Source: Candidatus Saccharimonadota bacterium (GTDB lineage Bacteria; Patescibacteriota; Gracilibacteria; Absconditabacterales; Absconditicoccaceae). From it: 32,000 nucleotides of DNA. The stretch lies in contig CP006913.1 of assembly GCA_000503875.1 (NCBI GenBank), forward strand, positions 1,110,001-1,142,000, given 5' to 3'. Of the stretch, positions 17,636-28,295 are shown piece by piece. Below the pieces are notes generated by a model. It saw nothing but the letters and a program-made list of their open reading frames with translations. It made no database searches and had not been told where the DNA came from. The position numbers were made by a program, and so were the translations under genes. The first letter of the stretch is position 1; every line of letters starts with the position of its first letter.

Positions 17636-17661
17636 ATATCCAAAAGAGGGTATTTTTTTTT
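17636..17661 (+). terminator. Intrinsic terminator after rpmB/tRNA-Lys
   Basis: Stem ATATCC/GGGTAT (one G.U), a 6-nt loop, then T9. Confidence 0.6.
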
Positions 17662-17663
17662 AT

Positions 17664-17687
17664 AAAAAAAATCTCACCATAGTGAGA
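17664..17687 (-). terminator. Intrinsic terminator of murB
   Basis: On the minus strand, TCTCAC-TATG-GTGAGA is followed by T8, immediately after the murB stop. Confidence 0.65.
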
Positions 17688-17688
17688 C

Positions 17689-18720
17689 TTATACGTAGAT
17701 AACTTCTGGGGAGAGGGATACGGAGAATGTTTCTTGAACCTTGCTTTGGATTTCCCCAGCTAAATCAACTATTTCACGACCAGTGGCTCATCAGTAATTA
17801 ACCAAGATAAGAGCATGTTTATTGTAAACACCGGCATTACCTTTTTTATATCCTTTGAATCCTGCTATTTCTATAAGTTGCCCAGCAGAAAGTTTGATAT
17901 AACCTGGTTCATCAGCAACATCAAAACTCATTAAATGGACAAAATTTGTTTTAAGTAGCGCAAATTTTTCTTTGGAAATCATAGGGTTTTTGAAAAAACT
18001 TCCCGCTGTTCCCAAAACTTTCCGATCAGGTAATTTATGTGATCTAATCTCTGCAATAGCTTTTGCGATTGTTTTCAAGGTAATTTTGGATCAACTATCT
18101 GCTATCCATTGTTGTACATCTCTATAGTTGGTATTTAGGGTATATTGATCGCTATATACATGTAAGCCAAATCTTACTTTAGTGATTAAGAAATTGTCCT
18201 TAAGCTGTTGTTTGAAAATGCTTTCACGATATCCAAATAAACATTCGATATTGGATAGGGTAATAGCTTCTTTTGTTGCTGTATTAATTCCATGTACCGA
18301 TATGATGCGGTCTTTTGCCTCCATTCCATAAGCTCCAATGTTTCAAAAAGCTGCTGCTCAAACACTAGAAGGTATAGCTACCATATTTTCAATACCTGCC
18401 CATTTTTGATCAATAGTCCATCGGACAAATTCATTCCAATCTTCACCAGCTCCTACATCAATAATCACAGAAGTATCCGTTTTTTCTATAATATCTTTTC
18501 CTTTAATGTTAATTTTGACTATAAGTCCATCAAAATCTTTGGTAAAAAGAATATTTGCACCTGTTCCCAAGAAAAGATGCTGATTGTTTTTTCGTTCTGG
18601 GGTTTCCAAAAGCTCCAAAAATGATGCCTCAGAATCCACTTCAACAAATAGCTTTGCCTTCGCTTGTACTCCAAAAGTAGTATAAGGTGCCAAATTAATG
18701 TTGTTTTGAAAGTTAAGCAT
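17689..18720 (-). CDS. murB: UDP-N-acetylenolpyruvoylglucosamine reductase
   Basis: LAPYTTFGV...LFLGTGANILF...VGAGEDWNEFV...GIENMVAIPSSVG AAAFGNIGAYG...GTAGSFFKNP. Three track fragments plus a tail were joined across TGA. Length is 1032 nt with stop TAA at 17689-17691. Confidence 0.9.
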
Positions 18721-18840
18721 AAGATGAGAATTAGTGAAAAATAAACGTCAGGAAAAATAGTATACCCAAAAAAAATCAGACTTCAATTGAATTTTATAAA
18801 CTAAATCATAAAGTAATTCAGAATTTTATTTATTATAGTA

Positions 18841-19704
18841 ATGATGAATATAGCAAACCTACTTTCCAACGCACAGTTTTCCGAAAAATATATTCTCCAA
18901 AAATTGATTATGGAATATATGAAATGTACGAGAGAGGAAATGCGAACAGAAGGAGAAAAAGAAATTCCACAAGAGCTCTATGACAAAATTATCCGTGGCT
19001 ACAAATTGTCGACAGAAGACCAAATGCCTTTGGACTATATTTTGGGACATGTGACTTTTTTCGGTAATGAATTTATCGTCAACGAAAACACCCTCGTTCC
19101 TCGTCCAGAAACAGAATATATGGTCCAAGCGGTAACCGAACATATCAAAGAAAATAAGAACCAAGATATCGTTGTAATGGACATCGGAACCGGGTGCGGA
19201 GTGCTTTGAACGTCAGTTCTTCTCCAAAATCCAGATCAGATTTCTACGGTATTTTTTACTGATATTTCCCAAGAAGCACTCAAAGTTGCCAAAGAAAATA
19301 CCGATAGACTCCTCAAAGGCTTCCAGCAAGAAATGATTTTTATCTGGACAGATTTATTGGCTTTTGCAGACAACTACAAAGGAACTTGGCAAGACAAAAA
19401 GATCGTCCTTGTTGCCAATCTTCCCTATATTCCAGAACAAACTTTCGACGAGAACTCCCCTGCAAATGTCCAAAAACGAGAACCAAAAATGGCTTTTGTC
19501 TGAGGAGAAGATGGACTTATTTATTATAGACAAATGTTGGATCAGATGCCCGAGGCGATGAAGAAAACCGTGGTATGTTTCTTCGAAATGATGACTCGAC
19601 AAGTCGAAATCCTCGCCAAAGAATACGAAAAAGATCGACACTTCGAAGAAGTGAAGACCTTTCATTTCAATATCAGAATAGTTAAAGCGACATATAAGGG
19701 ATAA
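18841..19704 (+). CDS. prmC: Release-factor glutamine N5-methyltransferase (PrmC/HemK family)
   Basis: PLDYILGHVTFFGNEFIVNENTLVPRPETE, VMDIGTGCGVLG and LVANLPYIP (an NPPY-type motif). Stitched across 2 TGA. Confidence 0.85.
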
Positions 19705-19705
19705 T

Positions 19706-21103
19706 CTACCCGAGCATTCCAGAGAAAAAGTCTTCTTTGCTTTGAAATTCAACCTTAATTTGGATAGGAGAACCATGTTCTTCAGACAATAGTTTTTCTA
19801 TATAATTTCTATTTTCGTGGCTTTCTAATGCCATTTGAGCAAATTTATTGATCACCATAATATGAGCAACCCCATTTTCCAATGAGGAAATAGAACTCAA
19901 ATCTTTGAGACTTTTTTGCAAAGAATCTTTGTCGATACGAGCAACAACGCGAGTCCATAAATCTGTTGATTGAGATGGAGAATCTGTCGCTATTTTTGCT
20001 TGAACAGGGGCTATTTTTTCTTCTTGGACAATTATTTTTTGTACAGGATCTGGGTTGGTTGCGGCTACAGGTTTCTCAACAGCAACAGGTTCTACAATAG
20101 ATCAACTTGTTCCATGGATATATTTATGTAAGACAATTTTATAGATAAGAGCTGGATAAGGATAGTTTCTAATTCATGACAAAATCTCACCAAATTGTTC
20201 TGATATTTTGAGATAAAGATCGATATTATCAAAAAGATGGGCATCCAAAAACATCAATACTTGTTTTGCAAAATGTTGAAGATCTACTCCTTGATCTACA
20301 AGTTTAGCAATTTCTTTAAACAACAAGTCTGAATTTTTATCAACTATATGATCAATAAAATTAATAATAGTTTGTTCTGACGCAATTCCCAAAAATTTTG
20401 TTACATTTTCTTCATTCAGGTTTCCCAAAATACTCACTTGATCTACATATTTAACCGCATCACGGACACATCCTTCAGATACTTTTGCAATCAAAGAAAG
20501 TGCATTATCATCATAACTCAATCCTTCTGATTTACAAATTTCTTCCAAACGACCAACCATTTCTGCCTCAGGAACTTTCTTGAAATTAAATACCTGACAA
20601 CGAGAAATAACAGTTTCAGGAACTTTGTTTACTTCTGTTGTTGCCAAAATAAAAGCAACAGTATCTCTAGGTTCTTCAATGGTTTTTAATAATGCATTAA
20701 ACGCTCATTTAGACAACATATGTACTTCATCAATTACGTAGATTTTCTTTTTGAGCATGGTTGGCGGATAGACAGCCTTACTAATAATTTCATCTCTAAT
20801 ATTGTCTACTCCTGTATGAGAGGCAGCGTCTATTTCGACATAATCCAATGTTTTTCATTCATCAATAGTTTTGCAGTTTGCACATTGATTACATGGGTTT
20901 CCATCTTGAAGATCAAGACAGTTCATAGCTTTGGCAAGTATTCTTGCACATGACGTTTTTCCTGTTCCTCTTGGTCCAAAAAGCAAGAAATTACTATTTC
21001 CTCCTTTATCACTTTTGATCTTTGCTTTGAGAATTCCTGTGATATGATCTTGTCCAATAATGGTATCAAAATTTCTTGGACGATACTTGTTTGCTAAAGA
21101 CAT
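19706..21103 (-). CDS. dnaX: DNA polymerase III subunit gamma/tau
   Basis: KYRPRNFDTIIGQDHI...LFGPRGTGKTSCARILAKAMNC...CNQCANC...VIDEVHMLS...SRCQVFNFK. Stitched across 5 TGA. Its stop lies 1 nt from the convergent prmC stop. Confidence 0.92.
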
Positions 21104-21228
21104 TGTTGCGTGGGACTAATAACTAAAAGTTCGACATAAAATATATTCTAGGAATTCCATTTCTTTTTTCAATTTGAATATCGGAAAATAATCCCTATAT
21201 CAGGAAATGTTTATTTCAAAAATTTAAT

Positions 21229-22551
21229 ATGTCCAAAATATCCTACCTCGATCATGTTGCTACGCTTCTTCCTCCTGAGGAAGTGGCAACTTTTCAAGCA
21301 TGTTATCAACAAAGATTGCCCAAAACCATCAAAGTTATGAGGTCAAAAATAGCTATTGACGACTTCGTCCAGCTGGTTACTGATATGGGTTGGAAATTAG
21401 AACCAACAACAAATTCGGATTGTTTTCATGTCCATACGTTTACGGATTCAGCTACCCTTGGCCAACACTTCTTGCATCAAGGATGATTTTTTTATATCCA
21501 GGAATTGTCGGCAAGTAGGTCGGCGCCGCTCTTGGATGCTCAGAGATGAGAGATAGTCCTCGATATGTGCGCGGCGCCAGGCGGTAAAACGATTCAACTT
21601 GCGGATGAGGGTGCTTTCGTGATCGCCAATGAACCCCTCAATCCCCGCCGCAAAGCCCTCATCTACAATATCAACAGAACCTGAATGATCAATACGGCAG
21701 TGACCAACATCGATGGCACACGTTTTGGAAATAGTTATCCAGAATTTTTTGATAAAATATTAGTTGATGCTCCCTGCTCAGGAGAAGGTATGAGTTACAA
21801 AACGGGTGGTCCTATTTCTCGAAACGAATGATTGATAAAATCACTTGCCAGAATGCAGGTTAAACTTATGGACTCTGCAATCCAAGCATGCAAGATAGGC
21901 GGAACAATAGTGTATTCGACATGTACACTCAACCAAATCGAGAATGAAGAAGTGATTTCTACAATCACGGAAAAATATAAATGAGTTGTCGAACTGGAGT
22001 TTAGTAAGAAATATCGACCACATCGTGATCACTGTGGGGGATTTTTTGTCGCGAAATTCCAGAAAACTGCTCGCTGCGCGACCTCAGATTCCTCCCCAAA
22101 AATCCCCCTCAAAACACCTGATTTCAATCTCTCAGACAAACTGCAATCTCAAGTAAAATCATACCTCGCTGAACAATTTGGCATCTCAAATATCCTGGAT
22201 ACTACTTTGTTTTTCTCAACAACCAATACGATATATGCAACGACCAAGGACTATCAAGCCATCCATGGCAAGCTTTCCTTAGATAAAGTCTGAATTCCTT
22301 TATTTGATATATCCCGCGATAATAGATGGATACCTCTTCACGCACTAGGAAATATCTTTGGACAACTAGCTTCTCAAAACTCATTTGAACTCGATAATAA
22401 ACAAGCTCAAGCATACGCAGAGCAAAAAGATCTTCACGTATCATCAAATATCCACACAACATCTGATAACTTCCTCCTCTTACAACGAAAGAATTATGGT
22501 TTCTCCTTGGCAAAAAAGGTGGACGATATTCTCAAAAATAAGATCATCTAG
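21229..22551 (+). CDS. NOL1/NOP2/Sun-family RNA cytosine-C5 methyltransferase (RsmB/RsmF-like)
   Basis: [22 protein letters not shown] and [11 protein letters not shown] motifs. Stitched across 6 TGA. Confidence 0.85.
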
Positions 22552-22601
22552 GTCTATCAAGCATTCTTTTGACAATAAAATAATATGAATTATCTATTGA
22601 T

Positions 22602-23654
22602 ATGTTTTTCCTATTGTCTATAATATTTTTGACAAGAATTTATCTTATAGACCCAAAAACGATGATTCATCCTCACGCGCTCATCTACTCATCACAAGAA
22701 GATATTACTATCGGTCATCTCAAACAGGCAAATTATGACCCAAGCATTGATACAACCGTTGTTGCTCATTGGATGGCAAACCGCGAAATCAGTGCGGTTG
22801 TCGAAGGAGAGCCAGATTTTCCTAGTAAATTATATCAAATACAATCCAAACCATATATTATCTACTATCAGGGAGATATTTCACTTCTCAACAAGCCTAT
22901 TCTGGGTATTGTTGGTCCTAGAAAACACAGTGATTTTGCCAAAATTATGGTCCAAAAAGTCATCAATCAGGCAACTCATCACGATATTGTTACTATTTCT
23001 GGATTGGCTTCAGGAGTCGATCAACTTGCTCATCATTACTCTCTAGAAAACAACATTCCTACGATAGCAGTTCTATGATGAGGATTTAGGCATTTTCTTG
23101 CATCCAAAGATCGTGAATTTATTCGTCGCATTGTCGATCAAGGAGGACTCGTGATTTCAGAATTCAAGCTCTCTCAAGACCCCCAAAGTTACACCTTTCC
23201 TCAGAGAAACCGCATTATTGCAGGCTTAGCCGATGTCCTCTTTCTCCCCGAAGCCTCCAAAAATTCAGGAAGCCTAATTACCGTAGAATTCGCTCAAAAG
23301 CTCCAAAAACCCATCTATGGTACTCCAAATTTTACCTCACCTTCGATGAGCGAATGACTTCATGAACAGCTCCAAAACTGATGAATGAGAGCTCTCTTGA
23401 ATATCCCCGCAATGTTCAAAGCCCATTTTTCTGTTCCCCAGAAATCTACTGGAGGAGGCCACATATCTCTGTTATCTAGTTTCGATCCCGATACTCAGCA
23501 ACTTCTAGGTTCCTTCCAAAGCCACCCCTCACTCACCATTTCCTCCCTCCTCCAACAGGGTTTTTCTCAGGATAAAATTTATCCAGCACTTGCTCGTTTA
23601 GAGATGGAAAATATAATTCATCAGCCAAGTCCCGGTACATATGCCCTCTCATAA
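22602..23654 (+). CDS. dprA: DNA processing protein DprA/Smf
   Basis: ILGIVGPRK...ISGLASGVDQLAH...AVLGGGF...GGLVISEF...FPQRNRIIAGLADVLFLPEASKNSGSLIT. An alternative start at 22662 (MIHPH) is possible. Confidence 0.85.
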
Positions 23655-23724
23655 AATTTCCTTGCAAAACATCCACAAAACGATAAACTACTGCAAACAT
23701 TTTATTTTTTATGTATAAAAACAA

Positions 23725-24318
23725 ATGAAATTTTTAGGTAAAAAAAGGTGATTTACGCTTATTGAAATGCTTATAGTTATCGTAATTATCGGAGTTTTAG
23801 CATCAGCGTTGATACCAAGACTTGGATCAGCAAGAGGTAAAGCAAACGATGTAGCTCGTAAAGCCGATCTTCAACAAGTTGCTACCGCAATTATTTCTTA
23901 CCAAATTGATACAAATTATTTTCCAACATGAATAAAATCTTTCAGTGATACGGGATTTCAAGCAAATCTTGTAAAATGATGAATGGCAAGTATACCAGTA
24001 TGAGATACAACTACTAATTGGACATGATTAGATAACGTATCTACATGATGATATAGATATTATCCAATGAAGAAAAATGGATGAGCAAATAACTGATTCA
24101 TGCTTGCTTCTAGAGCAGAAACAGAAGGATGAGCAAATTTTGTTCATTGTTGATTAGCATCTGTAGTAACTCCAGATGGAACTATTGATGTGGATTCTAT
24201 TAAAATGCCATCAAAAATCGTTTTAGATACAGATGGTACATGTACTTGTAATGGATGAGCTGGTTGAGAAGCAACAGCTTGTGATAAAAATCAACTTTTG
24301 TATATCTACAAATACTAA
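23725..24318 (+). CDS. Type IV pilin / pseudopilin with a prepilin N-methylation motif
   Basis: MKFLGKKRGFTLIEMLIVIVIIGVLASALIP. The cleavage-site Gly is TGA at 23749-23751. The C-terminal part is Cys-containing. About 17 in-frame TGA. Confidence 0.85.
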
Positions 24319-24334
24319 AAATATATATTTTCTA

Positions 24335-24365
24335 AAAAACTCCGGTGAATGCCGGAGTTTTTTTT
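24335..24365 (+). terminator. Intrinsic terminator of the pilin gene
   Basis: CTCCGG-TGAATG-CCGGAG, flanked by A5 upstream and T8 downstream. Confidence 0.8.
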
Positions 24366-24394
24366 ATTTGTCCTAGTTTTGTCAGTTTTTTTCT
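24366..24394 (+). promoter_or_regulatory. Conserved TTTGTC-N5-TTTGTC box, copy b, overlapping a candidate promoter TTGTCA-N17-TGTAAT (24379-24407)
   Basis: ATTTGTCCTAGTTTTGTCAGTTTTTTTCT is 28/29 identical to 3746-3774. It lies 64 nt upstream of the PemK/MazF gene 4 ATG. Confidence 0.5.
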
Positions 24395-24457
24395 AGAAAT
24401 ATGTAATTATAATTCACCATAACATGGTAAATGTTATTTTATTTTGTAATTATAAAA

Positions 24458-24952
24458 ATGGAATTACTTATAAAAAGATTAATTAACAAGGTCAAAGAAA
24501 TTGCAAACGATATTACAATTCCAATTATATATCAGTTTTTGGATCGATTTAATCTTGTTTTATATCTTCATTTTGAGAAAAAGACACCAAATATTGTTTT
24601 TAAACAACGGGATATTTATGAAATAAATTTATGACAAAATGTTTGAAGTGAATTAAACAAGAAAAGACCATGTATTATTATTTCCAATCAATCTTTTAAT
24701 AAATGAAATACAGTAATAATATTACCATTAAAAGGGATAAGAGAAACTACAAGAATATGAATTATCACGATATCTATTGATTTTCTAAAATCTTGACTAA
24801 AAAAACCAACATATTGTTCTTGTTTTAATATTAGAGAAGTATCAAAAAAGAGGATCTGACAATATATTGGTACTATAACAAATGAAAATAGAAAAATCAT
24901 TAACAATAGTTTGTCTATAATATTTTGATTAAAAAAACAAGCCACCCCCTAG
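24458..24952 (+). CDS. PemK/MazF family toxin, paralog 4 (164 aa; canonical core with an N-terminal extension), solitary
   Basis: RDIYEINLGQNVGSELNKKRPCIIISNQSFNKGNTVIILPLKG...GLKKPTYCSCFNIREVSKKRIGQYIGTI. An alternative start at 24431 is possible. Stitched across 7 TGA to TAG at 24950-24952. Confidence 0.8.
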
Positions 24953-25017
24953 AGGATGACTTGCTTTTAAAGTGAATCTCCGATTGTTCGGAGTCAATAG
25001 CATAGGCTATTTATAGT
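24931..25017 (-). ncRNA. Predicted cis-antisense sRNA 4 (~87 nt) overlapping the last ~22 nt of the toxin CDS
   Basis: Minus-strand hairpins lie at 24997-25010 (ATAGC/GCTAT) and 24978-24993 (CTCCGA/TCGGAG). The terminator is at 24937-24964 (GCAAG-T-CATCC / GGGTG-G-CTTGT; two pairs are G.U on minus but A.C/C.A mismatches on plus), followed by a T-run (complement of 24931-24936). Confidence 0.55.
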
Positions 25018-25023
25018 GAAGTA

Positions 25024-25051
25024 ATTATAACAAAAATTTTCCCAATTGCAA
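25024..25051 (-). promoter_or_regulatory. Antisense sigma70-type promoter TTGCAA-N16-(TGT)TATAAT facing PemK/MazF gene 4
   Basis: 25046-25051 is TTGCAA and the reverse complement of 25024-25029 is TATAAT, with a 16-nt spacer. It sits in the 103-nt convergent gap between the toxin gene and rsmA, so it has no protein-coding target on the minus strand. Confidence 0.55.
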
Positions 25052-25055
25052 ATCA

Positions 25056-25898
25056 TTATCTCAAAATTTCTCAAACATCTCACCAACCAAGTTCTTCCAA
25101 TCTCTTTCCCCTCAATGTTTCAGGAATCAACCATTCTTTATTCTGTTTCTTTTTGAGCATTGTTGCGATAGCACCCAATGTCTTCCTCGAATACGGAGCA
25201 AAATCTTCTAGAAAGCTGAGAAATCTAGTGAAATCTATACTAAGCGGAACATCTTTTCTCTTTAGTTCTATCAATGCGCTAGTCACTTTTGGGGCAGGGG
25301 AAAATGCTTTGGCAGGGACAGTCTTGAGATAGATCACATCATACCCAAAATTCACTATCCACCATAGATATGATTTTTTCTGAACATCAGTACAGAGTTT
25401 ATCTGCTACTTCTTTCTGCACCATAAAGACACCTCCTACGTAGTCTTGTTTCCCTTCTCCAAAGAACTTTCTCAGAATCGGAGAAGTAATATAGTACGGC
25501 AAGTTTCCTACAACAAGGGTTTTGTTGGCTTCCTGTCATCTATTTTTAAGCTCTGCATCAACATCAACATCCAATACGTCAGCATGAATCACACGAACAT
25601 TTTCCAGTCATTCTACCTTCAATTTACCCTCAGCAATCAGATTATTATCTCTTTCAATAACAAAAAAATCTGGGCTTATTTCATGGATAAGTTTGGTTAA
25701 CGATCATTTTCCTGGTCCGATTTCGATCAGTACTGTACATCACGACTCATCATAGATCTTCTTGATTTTATCGCCAAGATAATGTCTGATTTTGGTATCG
25801 GTTAGGAAGTTTTGTCCTAGATATGTTCACACGGGTATGCTTATTATTGATAAATATGATTTCTTATACTTACTTGAGCTTGAAAATCAACTATTCAT
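25056..25898 (-). CDS. rsmA: 16S rRNA (adenine1518/1519-N6) dimethyltransferase KsgA/RsmA
   Basis: LGQNFL...VLIEIGPGKGSLT...VVGNLPYYITSPIL...PKVTSALIEL. The track ORF is extended through two TGA to TAA at 25056-25058. The start at 25898 is the first ATG after an in-frame TAG. Confidence 0.85.
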
Positions 25899-25940
25899 CT
25901 ATACATTCTACATCGATTCTTCATCCCTAAATAGTCAAAA

Positions 25941-26795
25941 ATGATCAAACATATTCCTGTCCTCCTAGACGAAGTCCTCAAAAGTATCCCAGAAACCACC
26001 ACTTTTCTCGTAGATGGGACGCTGGGGCACGGCGGGCATACTCAGGCAATTTTGGACAAGTTTCCTCAGATTTCCGTGCTCTGAATCGACAGAGATCCCA
26101 ATATTTTTTCTGCAACCCAAGAAAAATTAGCATGATACGCAAATCGTTTCCAGGCAAAACAATGATCATACGCAGATATCGATACCTTACAATCAAAAAA
26201 ATCAGACTATATATTATTGGATATAGGTGTAAATATGGAGCATTACAAAGACACATCACGCGGGTTTTCCATCAAAGGAGAAGGCCCATTGGACATGAGA
26301 TTCGACCCAACCAAGGGTCTCTCAGCCCAACAACGGATTGCCAGAGTGTCAGCGGCAGACTTAGAAACTTGCTTCATCGACTACGCCGATTTCACCCCCG
26401 AAAAAGCGAGAGAGTTGGCGAATGCGATTCTCCGTGCAAGAACCAAATACCCTCTTACGACCACTCGCCAACTCCGCCAAGTCCTCTACGACTGTGGTCT
26501 TTGAGACCCAGCGTCTAGCGTAATTTTCCAGGCAATCAGGATCCAAGTCAACCAAGAATTAGAACAACTCAAGATATTTCTCCAGAAACTTCCCGATCTT
26601 CTCAATAAAGGCGGAAGATGTGCTATTATTACCTTCCATAGTATCGAAGATAGGATAGTTAAGAATGCTTTCAAAGAATTTCCAGAAAACCAACGAGTAC
26701 TCTATAGCAAGAAAGCAATCCAACCTACCTATAAAGAAATTGAAAAGAATAAGGCTTCCCGTAGTGCAAAACTCAGAATTATTGAAAAAATATAA
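25941..26795 (+). CDS. rsmH: 16S rRNA (cytosine1402-N4)-methyltransferase RsmH/MraW
   Basis: HIPVLLDEVL...VDGTLGHGGHT...LLDIGVN...GPLDMRF...FHSIEDRIVK...RSAKLR. Stitched across 5 TGA. Confidence 0.9.
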
Positions 26796-26838
26796 AGAAC
26801 TCTTGCAAAATGGGTAGATTTTGTATAAAAGTAATCTT

Positions 26839-27213
26839 ATGAAAACATTTGCTTTTTCCCCAACAAATTCACTCAAAAATGGATACGAAAATATTCTGAT
26901 TAAATATAGAAATCAGGATGCTTTTCTTGATATGCTAAAAATCTGATCATTACTTTTCGTTTTTTTGTTTTGTTTGTTTATTTATCTTCGTTACGTAAGT
27001 TTATCATCAACATACTGATATTTTTTGAGAAAAGAAAATCAAAATTTAAGTAATGTATCTTTTCAATACGAAATTTATAAGACACAAATTCTCGATCAAA
27101 GACAAAAAAATTGGACAATAGTAAATTCTACAAGATCCCAAAAAAGAGATGTAATTACAGTGAATGCTCAAATAGTTACTATTCCGGTAGTAACTGAATT
27201 ATCTATGAAGTAA
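26839..27213 (+). CDS. Small bitopic membrane protein, FtsL-like by position after rsmH
   Basis: It has one TM segment (SLLFVFLFCLFIYL) and a polar C-terminal part. The call rests mainly on dcw-cluster synteny, with no diagnostic motif. Confidence 0.45.
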
Positions 27214-27320
27214 AAGTATCAAAAATTCCCGTGATTATTTAGAAAACGGGAATAAAAAATCTTCATATTATAGATATTTGTCTATTATTCTATTCATCTA
27301 TTTATTTTTTTTCTTTACCT

Positions 27321-27578
27321 ATGATCGATATTATTTTCAAAACATTATCGGATAAAAATCGTAGAAGAATTATACAGCTTCTTAAACAAAAAGAAATGAC
27401 TGTTTCTGAGCTTTTGACCCATTTTGAAATTACACAGGCATCACTTTCTCATCATCTCGATATCCTCAAAAGATCAAATTTAGTTATTGATGAAAGAAGA
27501 GGTCAGTTTGTTTTCTATTCGCTTAATCAAAGTGTTTTTGAAGAAACAATAAACTTAATTCTAAATTTATTGGTATAA
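27321..27578 (+). CDS. ArsR/SmtB-family winged-helix transcriptional regulator
   Basis: FKTLSDKNRRRIIQLLKQKEMTVSELLTHFEITQASLSHHLDILKRSNLVIDERRGQFVFYSL. Confidence 0.8.
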   Translation: MIDIIFKTLSDKNRRRIIQLLKQKEMTVSELLTHFEITQASLSHHLDILKRSNLVIDERRGQFVFYSLNQSVFEETINLILNLLV

Positions 27579-28274
27579 TTACAATTCAATTTCACATCAC
27601 AGCAATCCTTCATCTCCAATTTTTTCTAATTTCATATCATTGAGATTAAATTTTCAAATAGATGTTCTTCTCAGTTGTGTTAAAATTCCTCCAAGTCAAA
27701 ACTCTTGACCAAGCCAGTATCCAATAGATCTAATATAGGTTCCTGAACCAACATGCAAGGTAAGTTTCAATAAAGGAAAATCATAGGAAACGACCTTATT
27801 TTCAAACACTTTCATTACTCTATTTTCTGTCAAAATATGTCCATCTCTCGCAAGCTCATACATCTTTTTTCCATCCTTTTTTTTTGCACTAAAAGGAGTC
27901 AAAGGAAGCTCTTTTTCTGGAACAAGTAATGATAATTTTTCCTCAAGTTCCACCTGGCTTGGAGCAGCAATAAATTGATCATTTTTGATGATTCATTTAT
28001 CAGCAATTTTATATTGTTCATGAGAATCTCGGTAGTCAACATCCCGAGTATCTGTCATCTGAGCAAAATCGATAGTTGTTTCATATTTTTTATCTAATCA
28101 TTGAATTTGTGTCAATAATTTAGTTCAAGAGCCAATTCCTATAATCAATAATCCTGTTGCCAAAGGATCTAAAGTTCCGCTATGTCCAATTTTTTGTTTC
28201 GGAAAAGCCCTTTTCAATCTACGAATAACATCATAACTGGTAATGCCTGTTGGCTTATCGATAGCGAGAAGCAT
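27579..28274 (-). CDS. truB: tRNA pseudouridine55 synthase TruB (short form, 231 aa)
   Basis: LAIDKPTGITSYDV...IGHSGTLDPLATGLL...GSGTYIRSIG...LRRTSIGKF. Stitched across 7 TGA. Its stop abuts the convergent arsR-family gene stop. Confidence 0.9.
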
Positions 28275-28295
28275 GAGTTCTATTAACGAGTAAAA

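Noticed and set aside
24616-24945. Hydrophobic minus-strand ORF (85 aa in the track, ~110 with TGA=Gly) antisense to MazF gene 4, plus short ATG-initiated peptides inside each predicted sRNA and track ORF 13244-13462
   Set aside because: The antisense peptides share no similarity between the four loci and would have to read through the predicted terminators. The plus-strand frames carry the PemK/MazF motifs. They are treated as shadow ORFs, although a small antisense-encoded protein cannot be strictly excluded.
26132-26555. Track ORFs 26132-26518 (+) and 26361-26555 (-) within rsmH, and antisense ORFs 26486-26876
   Set aside because: They are alternative or antisense frames of the RsmH gene, whose own frame carries the GHGGH, DMRF and FHSIEDR motifs.
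27226-27262. Hairpin ATTCCCG...CGGGAAT between the ftsL-like gene and the arsR-family gene as a terminator
   Set aside because: The stem is real, but it is followed by an A-run rather than a T-run on the plus strand. The T-run orientation would serve the minus strand, where no gene ends. Its function is unclear, so I did not call it.
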